Source: a virus
IMG/VR virus record: IMGVR_UViG_3300050133_000071
Span: 1 to 11,393 of that record
Reading direction: 5' to 3' (one strand)
DNA: 11,393 bases
This document shows, piece after piece, positions 6,674-11,393 of this stretch. Position 1 is the first letter of the stretch; each line of letters begins with the position of its first letter. The notes under the pieces were generated by a model. It ran no database searches and was not told the origin of the DNA. It was given only the letters and a program-made list of their open reading frames with translations. Made by a program: the position numbers and the translations under genes.

Positions 6674-6748
6674 TATGTATTTATTCTGATATTGCGCGGC
6701 CTTTTCGTGCAATATGGGCATATGTAACCTTTGCGCGGGATCCTGGCC

Positions 6749-6919
6749 TTAATGCTTATGTTCCAGCCTTTTCGGCAAACTGAGCATCTTGCGTTCAAGC
6801 TTAATCAGCCCCTTCCGGAGCGAACGGATCTGCAACAAGCATCTGAATATCAGAGCAGCGCAGCCTATCCAAATTGAGATAAACATTAGATAGATAATCA
6901 GATCGTATATGGTGTGCAT
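6749..6919 (-). CDS. small membrane protein (56 aa; one TM helix plus a basic tail)
   Basis: It is below the track size cut-off. AGGAGA lies 7 nt upstream of ATG 6919 and overlaps the TAG stop of the upstream gene. Translation: MHTIYDLIIYLMFISIWIGCAALIFRCLLQIRSLRKGLIKLERKMLSLPKRLEHKH. Confidence 0.6.
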   Translation of the reverse strand: MHTIYDLIIYLMFISIWIGCAALIFRCLLQIRSLRKGLIKLERKMLSLPKRLEHKH

Positions 6920-6930
6920 AAGTGATTCTC

Positions 6931-8190
6931 CTATTCTTCCGGGTCGTATTCTTCTTTCACGTCTTCGGCGTCAATCAAACTATCCATGTCGTCAAATGCG
7001 CACTGGCGGTTTTCGAGAAGTGCATCCGTGCTGTCAAACACATCTAAAATAGTGGGAATTCCCTTGCTTCGCGTTTTATAGAGTTTTCTCAATTCTTCTG
7101 CCATGCCGTAGTCCATGAGCGCTTTCCACTGCGAATGGTGCGTATGGCGTAACATTTGCTGATGATTGTTTTTATATAAGATGTCTGTTGCACAACCCAT
7201 GCAGCCATTGCGTTGCATTTTGTGTTCTATTCCTTTATTGTCCGTGTAAGCCACGTTGTATACTTCCGAATATGGCACATCAAAAGTGTGTATGTACTCC
7301 CAAATATCATCATCCGTCCAAATCTGTAATGGATTGCAATGGTAAAAAGGGTCTTCTCCGAGATGCGGCCTATGAGATTTAAATAAATATCCTCGCGTTG
7401 CAAAATTGATTTTCCTCGTCCGGCTTTCTGATGCCATTAAGCCTTTGAATATCACATCGACATCAAGTTCCACCTGCAATTTTTCGGAAGGTTCCTTTTT
7501 AATGAGCTTGCAACAGTGCTGCGAAAATTTGCACTCTCTCAAGATGTCATAATATTTCAGGAGCTCTTCTTTATTGCTTGCGCTTTCAGAAAATTTTAAA
7601 AAACAGTCAATATTGATTCTCCTTGCGTCAAGCTTTGAGGCCGCCTTGCCTAAAATCGGGAAACCGTACTGATCTGCGCACCACCAATAAGACATTATTG
7701 TCCCAGCAGGCCAAACAAGATTCCGTTTTTTAAAGTCCTCCCACATCTCATGAGTTGCCTTTTGTTCAAAAGAGTGGGTATTTTTAAGCTTGCCATCATC
7801 TTTTAGCACCTCTGAAAGCCTGCCCTCTTTAATGAGCCATTCCAGCACTTCACGCTGAGCCTGATATTTTAAACCATTTTCTTCGGTGCGGCTAAGTTGT
7901 GTTTCGTAAAAGTGTTCACCGCCCCATTTTTTCCCGAGTTGACGGGCAAATTTTAAACTTTCAGGGTATTCAACGCCAGTATTTCCAAAGATGATTTCAG
8001 GCGTTCTTTCGGGAAAATATGTACGAATTAAATGCCACAAAACGGTGCTGTCTTTACCACCGCTAAACGCAATGGCTGTATTATGCGTTGATACTGCAAA
8101 TCCGGCGGCTATTGCTTCAATGGCTTTGTCTATCTTGTAGTCAAGTGGCTTTTTGATTTCGGCCGCAATGTCGGTAAATGATATGTACGT
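6931..8190 (-). CDS. PP-loop ATP-pyrophosphatase / PAPS-reductase-like protein (DndC/IbrA-like family); 5' end uncertain
   Basis: The track starts at TTG 8040, but the same frame is open upstream to 8205 and encodes AIAFSGGKDSTVLW, the SGGKDS PP-loop. The family-typical CCKLIKKEP and C-terminal GCMGC cysteine motifs are also present. There is no ATG, GTG or TTG between 8040 and 8205. ACG 8190-8188 sits 6 nt after GGAGGG. The stop is TAG 6933-6931. Confidence 0.8.
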   Translation of the reverse strand, partial: TYISFTDIAAEIKKPLDYKIDKAIEAIAAGFAVSTHNTAIAFSGGKDSTVLWHLIRTYFPERTPEIIFGNTGVEYPESLKFARQLGKKWGGEHFYETQLSRTEENGLKYQAQREVLEWLIKEGRLSEVLKDDGKLKNTHSFEQKATHEMWEDFKKRNLVWPAGTIMSYWWCADQYGFPILGKAASKLDARRINIDCFLKFSESASNKEELLKYYDILRECKFSQHCCKLIKKEPSEKLQVELDVDVIFKGLMASESRTRKINFATRGYLFKSHRPHLGEDPFYHCNPLQIWTDDDIWEYIHTFDVPYSEVYNVAYTDNKGIEHKMQRNGCMGCATDILYKNNHQQMLRHTHHSQWKALMDYGMAEELRKLYKTRSKGIPTILDVFDSTDALLENRQCAFDDMDSLIDAEDVKEEYDPEE

Positions 8191-8192
8191 GT

Positions 8193-8564
8193 TTATCCCT
8201 CCAATTCACCAAGCGCAGCCGCGATCTCGGCCTCACGCTTTATGTAGCCGTTTAATGCGTCAGGCCTGTGCAGCCCCATCACTTCAACCACTCTCCGGCT
8301 GACCTGAACCTTATTTAGTTGCTCTTTTAATTCCCGAATTGTTACTCGAACCGATCGTCCCGAAATGTAACGGCTATTATCAGAGGTTAAGTGCGGGTAA
8401 TCTGTAGGGTCGTCAGGTTCAAATTTATCGGGGCACTCCGGAAAATCGTCCTTGTCGGGCTCTTCGGGCTACGCGGTGAATGTGGCCGTTAAACGCCGCT
8501 CTATGCCATTGAAAAAAGTCTCGCCGGTATTGCCCTGATGGTAAATTTCGCAAGCTGACATCAC
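8193..8564 (-). pseudogene. coding-looking frame (about 123 codons) interrupted by one in-frame TAG; unknown function
   Basis: AAGGAGGA lies 8 nt upstream of GTG 8564 and 11 nt upstream of ATG 8561. Thirty sense codons follow, then TAG at 8471-8469, then 91 more stop-free codons to TAA 8195-8193. The segment after the TAG has no start codon near its beginning. No ORF appears in the track anywhere in 8041-8632. Confidence 0.6.
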
Positions 8565-8632
8565 TTTTTTATTCCTCCTTTACATAAATTTCTAACCTCT
8601 GCTTGCCGAACTGTACCGCCGCGGCGTGGGTG

Positions 8633-8932
8633 TTATTTGCTCGCGTGCAATCTCGCATGTTCTTTCCTCGACATAATCATAAGATTTTCCGGTCGATTGT
8701 CGCGCTTATCGCCGTTGATAACGCTACAATACTTAGAGGTTAACTTCTTTTTAGCGAAACTTTTCCCACAAGTCGGGCAAATGGAATACTGAGTTTCCGT
8801 TCTACTCTTATGCATCCCAACACATTGCCGTGAGCAAAACCTCTGTTCATGGTCAGCACGAGCCGTGAAAGGCTTTCCACATTCCTCACAGACAAAGGTT
8901 TTCATTTTTCTGGATTTTGCGAAATTATCCAT
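8633..8932 (-). CDS. HNH-family endonuclease remnant (two zinc ribbons plus a truncated HNH core)
   Basis: CEECGKPF...FCSRQC and CPTCGKSF...YCS are two zinc ribbons. The C-terminus INGDKRDNRPENLMIMSRKEHARLH is the distal part of an HNH motif, but the usual preceding VHH catalytic histidine and linker are absent. AGGAG lies 8 nt upstream of ATG 8932. Confidence 0.7.
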   Translation of the reverse strand: MDNFAKSRKMKTFVCEECGKPFTARADHEQRFCSRQCVGMHKSRTETQYSICPTCGKSFAKKKLTSKYCSVINGDKRDNRPENLMIMSRKEHARLHASK

Positions 8933-9366
8933 ACCTTTAGCTCCTGTTTTCCGAAATTTAACGCCGATTGATGGTCGTTCATAAAAATATCAATATGTTT
9001 GCCTTTGATTTTGCCACCGATATCCTGCACTACTCGGGTGCCTTCAACCCCGTCTATTTGCACCTCTGTCCCTTCCGGCAGCACCGACCAGTCGGCCGCG
9101 ATCGTTATACCCTCAACCGCTTTAACTCCGCTTTTGGTTATGCCGTCCGTTTTTCCGCAATCCTCATATGTAGCGGAGTATGCCGTGACCGTAAATGTGC
9201 CTAAATCTATCAATGCGGTTTGCACCCCGCTGCGCTGATCTGCTGAGCATTGGACGATTATTGTGTAAACCTGCGCTGGCTTGTCCGCTTTTGCCGGAAG
9301 CGGACCGATTATAAGTAGAAATACTGTAATTGCCGTAAGTACCGCGACTCTCTTTATATGTCGCAT
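8902..9366 (-). CDS. secreted 3D-domain protein (RlpA/MltA-like double-psi beta-barrel, peptidoglycan-acting)
   Basis: The N-terminus looks like a signal peptide (VAVLTAITVFLLIIGPLPAKA). It is followed by TAYSATYEDCGKTDGITKSG...IAAD...LPEGT...VQDIGGKIKGKHIDIF, the 3D-domain pattern. GGAGGGG lies 5 nt upstream of ATG 9366. Confidence 0.8.
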   Translation of the reverse strand: MRHIKRVAVLTAITVFLLIIGPLPAKADKPAQVYTIIVQCSADQRSGVQTALIDLGTFTVTAYSATYEDCGKTDGITKSGVKAVEGITIAADWSVLPEGTEVQIDGVEGTRVVQDIGGKIKGKHIDIFMNDHQSALNFGKQELKVWIISQNPEK

Positions 9367-9384
9367 TACATCCCCTCCGATATT

Positions 9385-9639
9385 TCAGCTTTTATTTTGC
9401 ATTGCTGCCGTTCCCCCGTTGCGCTGCCACTTATCAAGTTCGTCCTGGATAAAATAGATGCGATTGCCAACAAGATAATATAATCCTTCGAGCTTGCCTT
9501 GCTTATGTAGCCGCCGAAGCGTCCGCTCCGAGCAGGGTATGGCCGCGGCGGCCTCTTTGAAATCAAGTGGGGTGATCAAGCGGTTCACTTCCTTTCTACT
9601 CGTCGCACATGGTTGTTTTTTCTTGTCTTTTTCGCCCAT
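9385..9639 (-). CDS. excisionase-family HTH DNA-binding protein (HTH_17-like)
   Basis: LITPLDFKEAAAAIPCSERTLRRLHKQGKLEGLYYLVGNRIYFIQDELDKWQ is the Xis/MerR-like winged-helix pattern. ATG 9639 has no RBS and sits inside a 9-bp inverted repeat. TTG 9579, preceded by GAAAGGAAGTGA, is an alternative start giving 64 aa. Confidence 0.7.
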   Translation of the reverse strand: MGEKDKKKQPCATSRKEVNRLITPLDFKEAAAAIPCSERTLRRLHKQGKLEGLYYLVGNRIYFIQDELDKWQRNGGTAAMQNKS

Positions 9640-9662
9640 AAAATGTAATATTGTGGGCGAAA
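9630..9662. repeat. 9-bp perfect inverted repeat spanning the annotated xis-like ATG
   Basis: TTTCGCCCA (9630-9638) and TGGGCGAAA (9654-9662) are exact reverse complements with a 15-nt spacer. Confidence 0.6.
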
Positions 9663-9835
9663 GAGATAACGCCGAGCCAAGCCCTTAGGGGAAGGTGTAA
9701 CGACTGGACACGGAGCAACCGTTCGCGGCGGTTGAAGGCACAGTCTGAACTTTGCGGTGACGTAAAGAGCTTGACGGAAACGATTAGGCCACGCAGAAAT
9801 GCGGAGTAACAAATTGGATTAATGGAATTAGTAAT

Positions 9836-9982
9836 ATGAGTGATATGAGTAAAACAATAGGCAAAGGTCTTTATTCTTCATTTGAGGGGTTAGACAAAAT
9901 TTCTGAAACATTTGGCAACGCATTCAAAGGCATTACATCCATAAAAATAAATCCAGAGGTGAATGGTCGCCCTGCCGCGTAG
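9836..9982 (+). CDS. possible small protein (48 aa), weakly supported
   Basis: ATG 9836 to TAG 9982 translates to MSDMSKTIGKGLYSSFEGLDKISETFGNAFKGITSIKINPEVNGRPAA, which is protein-like and amphipathic. It lies in an AT-rich tract on the same strand as the next gene. There is no convincing RBS. Confidence 0.25.
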   Translation: MSDMSKTIGKGLYSSFEGLDKISETFGNAFKGITSIKINPEVNGRPAA

Positions 9983-10054
9983 TAATATGTGGTCTGCACT
10001 CCGTAAATTCGGCGAAAGTCTCTTTCTAATATTGTGGCGAAAGGAGGAATACGT

Positions 10055-10315
10055 ATGATTTATTCAATAAGTTACGATCTCAAAAAGCCCGGCAGAAGTT
10101 ACGAAGAAGTATATGGCGCAATTAAATTGATTGGTGCATGGGCGCATTGCCTTGAATCCACATGGGTGGTTGAATCTGATTTAAGTGCAGAGCAGATTTA
10201 TAAAATTGTTCATGCCAAAATGGACGAAAACGATTATCTACTTGTTTCTAAAATTGGAGAATCGCATTGGCTGTTGGAAAAGGAAGTTTCGGATTGGCTT
10301 AGCAATCACCTTTAG
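10055..10315 (+). CDS. small protein (86 aa) with predicted beta-alpha-beta-beta-alpha-beta (ferredoxin/Cas2-like) pattern; function unknown
   Basis: AAAGGAGGA lies 6 nt upstream of ATG 10055 (MIYSISYDL...). The pattern is a hydrophobic strand plus YDL, a helix, then STWVVES, a helix, then DYLLVSKI. The fold assignment is by eye only. The stop is TAG. Confidence 0.75.
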   Translation: MIYSISYDLKKPGRSYEEVYGAIKLIGAWAHCLESTWVVESDLSAEQIYKIVHAKMDENDYLLVSKIGESHWLLEKEVSDWLSNHL

Positions 10316-10460
10316 ACCCACATTCAACATTCAACCCGGTGCCAACAGTTACAACTCCATCGGTGCAACCTGTTGGTACAAATTTTTCTTTCGGCTGCGC
10401 TGTTTCTTCCAGCGTGGCCACTCTTTTTTCAAGGTCTTCGATGCGTTTATTGTTAAACAT
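10299..10460 (-). CDS. hypothetical small protein (53 aa; N-terminal coiled-coil-like, Cys/Gly-rich tail)
   Basis: It is below the track cut-off. AAGGAGGTG lies 7 nt upstream of ATG 10460. Translation: MFNNKRIEDLEKRVATLEETAQPKEKFVPTGCTDGVVTVGTGLNVECGSKGDC. Its 3' end overlaps the convergent plus-strand gene by 17 nt. Confidence 0.6.
   Translation of the reverse strand: MFNNKRIEDLEKRVATLEETAQPKEKFVPTGCTDGVVTVGTGLNVECGSKGDC
10338..10390 (+). terminator. candidate intrinsic terminator for the plus-strand cassette
   Basis: The stem pairs GGTGCCAACAG (10338-10348) with CTGTTGGTAC (10370-10379), with core CCAACAG/CTGTTGG. The loop is large, about 21 nt. AAATTTTTCTTT follows. The whole structure lies inside the convergent 53-aa gene. 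Confidence 0.35.
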
Positions 10461-10498
10461 TCTTTTTCACCTCCTTCTTATTCCGTCCCAATGTATGG

Positions 10499-10708
10499 TC
10501 AGGCCGTGTCGCGGGTATCGGGTTTTAAATCCTGAGCTACCATATAGGCTTCAAATCTTGCCCGAACGATAATGTAGCGCCATGAATTTTTAAGCCAGAT
10601 TGCGTGGCCGAACGGGCAATTAGGGTCTTTTGTCCACTCTCTAATCGTGGGAATATCAAGACCCATAATTTTCGCGACCTCTTCGGCCTTGATTAATATT
10701 TCCGACAC
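10499..10708 (-). CDS. HTH DNA-binding protein (excisionase/AlpA-like)
   Basis: The start is GTG 10708, with AAGGAGG 10 nt upstream. LIKAEEVAKIMGLDIPTIREWTKDPNCPF...W is an HTH_17-like pattern. Confidence 0.7.
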   Translation of the reverse strand: MSEILIKAEEVAKIMGLDIPTIREWTKDPNCPFGHAIWLKNSWRYIIVRARFEAYMVAQDLKPDTRDTA

Positions 10709-10747
10709 CGACTGCTCGCCTCCTTTCTTGTTTCGTGCTATGTATGG

Positions 10748-10996
10748 TTAGACGCTGGTGGGGGATGCGGGCGTTCGTGGTGTGGAGTAGATGAAACCAG
10801 AATCTATCGCGAAAAGATAACTAATTTCAAGATTTGAGAACAAAGTATTCCGTATCTTCAACACATCAAACCATGAAATCTTTGTTGCGCCATTGAGATA
10901 GTTTCTCGCGGTCTTTTCGCTAACTCCTAAACAATCGCATATATCCTTGACCGCTAATCCATGGCGCGCCATTTCAGCCGCAAGATTTTTGAACAT
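10748..10996 (-). CDS. Cro-like XRE-family HTH regulator, first gene of the leftward early operon
   Basis: VKDICDCLGVSEKTARNYLNGATKISWFDVLKI is an XRE-type HTH. The gene is divergent from the CI-like gene across an operator-bearing region. Confidence 0.8.
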   Translation of the reverse strand: MFKNLAAEMARHGLAVKDICDCLGVSEKTARNYLNGATKISWFDVLKIRNTLFSNLEISYLFAIDSGFIYSTPRTPASPTSV

Positions 10997-11014
10997 ATAT
11001 TCACCGCCTTTCTC

Positions 11015-11103
11015 TAACCGTATTCGGTTACCATATCCATATAATAATACCGTATTCGGTTAATGTCAAGGACTTTTAAAAGATATTTTACCGAATGCGG
11101 TTA
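11015..11103. promoter_or_regulatory. three operator copies (AACCG-N4-CGGTT palindrome family)
   Basis: The three copies are TAACCGTATTCGGTTA (11015-11030, perfect dyad), TACCGTATTCGGTTA (11048-11062) and TACCGAATGCGGTTA (11089-11103). Confidence 0.75.
11041..11069 (-). promoter_or_regulatory. leftward early promoter, TTGACA-17 nt-TATTAT
   Basis: On the minus strand, TTGACA is at 11069-11064 and TATTAT at 11046-11041. The middle operator fills the 17-nt spacer. Confidence 0.6.
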
Positions 11104-11121
11104 TTTATTCCTAATATTTTA

Positions 11122-11150
11122 TTGACAATCGGAAACAAAGGATTTATAGT
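11122..11150 (+). promoter_or_regulatory. rightward promoter, TTGACA-17 nt-TATAGT, for the CI-like gene
   Basis: TTGACA is at 11122-11127 and TATAGT at 11145-11150, with a 17-nt spacer, 22 nt upstream of ATG 11173. Confidence 0.65.
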
Positions 11151-11172
11151 ATATTTATGGATGGTGATATTA

Positions 11173-11393
11173 ATGGGATTAGATTTAATAAACATTTTAA
11201 AAAAGCAAAAAGGGCTTACAAGCGAAGAACTTGCAAAGCTTTCAGGTGTGCCCATCGGAACACTTAATAAGATACTAAACGGACAGTCAAAAAATCCTCA
11301 ATTAGAAACTTTAGCTGCCCTTGCTCGAGTGTTGGAATGTTCAATAGATGATTTTGATACTTCATTTAACAACAACTTCGCCATAGACCCTGC
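11173..11393 (+). CDS. CI-like XRE-family HTH repressor (3' end beyond the window)
   Basis: Hand translation: MGLDLINILKKQKGLTSEELAKLSGVPIGTLNKILNGQSKNPQLETLAALARVLECSIDDF..., a canonical HTH_3 domain. The frame is open to the window edge. GGTGA lies 5 nt upstream of the ATG. Confidence 0.85.
   Translation, partial: MGLDLINILKKQKGLTSEELAKLSGVPIGTLNKILNGQSKNPQLETLAALARVLECSIDDFDTSFNNNFAIDP

Noticed and set aside
9711-9740. A tRNA-like T-arm (AACCG-TTCGCGG-CGGTT) suggested a suppressor tRNA that could explain the in-frame TAG.
   Set aside because: No acceptor, D or anticodon arm can be built around it, and the loop lacks the conserved A58 position. It is better described as an operator-like dyad or simple hairpin.
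8968-9812. ORFs 8968-9204(+), 8999-9238(+), 9366-9566(-), 9494-9688(+) and 9585-9812(-).
   Set aside because: They are antisense or out of frame relative to the 3D-domain and xis-like genes, or they span a non-coding leader. They have no RBS and biased Arg/Pro/Ser composition.
6931-10315. Window-wide TAG-to-sense recoding (code 15-like) as the explanation for the amber codon at 8469-8471.
   Set aside because: This cannot be supported from the window. TAG ends the PAPS-reductase-like gene (6931-6933) and the 86-aa gene (10313-10315) at positions that give sensible protein ends. Only one internal TAG is seen. It is kept as a minority hypothesis inside the amber-codon finding.
10185-10572. Plus-strand ORFs 10185-10535 and 10339-10572.
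   Set aside because: They are out of frame with the RBS-supported 10055-10315 gene and antisense to two RBS-supported minus-strand genes.
1-11393. I searched by eye for CRISPR arrays, tRNA, rRNA or tmRNA genes, transposase or integrase genes and long terminal or tandem repeats.
   Set aside because: I found no regularly spaced direct repeats, no cloverleaf-compatible sequence, and no recombinase or transposase motifs in any frame. An integrase, if present, must lie outside this window.

Overview
The window reads as the lysogeny switch plus the early and replication region of a temperate phage or prophage. The host is probably a Gram-positive, Firmicutes/Clostridia-like organism; this is an inference from strong GGAGG-type RBSs, tight gene packing and gene content.

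**Layout**
- The right end (about 10.75-11.39 kb) holds a divergent CI-like/Cro-like switch with three copies of an AACCG-N4-CGGTT operator and two near-consensus sigma70-type promoters.
- From the Cro-like gene, one long minus-strand operon runs leftward. Gene order is:
  - two excisionase-family HTH proteins
  - a secreted 3D-domain protein
  - a degenerate HNH protein
  - an ORF interrupted by an in-frame TAG
  - a PP-loop PAPS-reductase-like protein
  - several small unknown proteins
  - an HUH rolling-circle Rep
  - a RecU-like resolvase
  - an ASCH protein
  - a large SNF2-helicase/DNA-methyltransferase fusion that runs off the left edge, so it is absent from the ORF track
- Two visibly AT-richer plus-strand inserts interrupt this operon, at 5857-6303 and about 9836-10315.

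**Signals not explained by the ORF track**
1. A bipartite GC-rich structured element occurs twice, in the leaders of two small early genes. The two copies differ by one compensatory base-pair change.
2. A promoter, an approximately 68-nt transcript and an intrinsic terminator lie antisense in the leader of rep, inside nested inverted repeats.
3. A roughly 370-nt coding-looking frame contains one in-frame amber codon. It is followed directly by a PAPS-reductase-like gene with no canonical start codon upstream of its PP-loop.
4. Three small CDSs with good RBSs fall below the ORF-track size cut-off.

All product calls come from motif recognition by eye. No database search was run.
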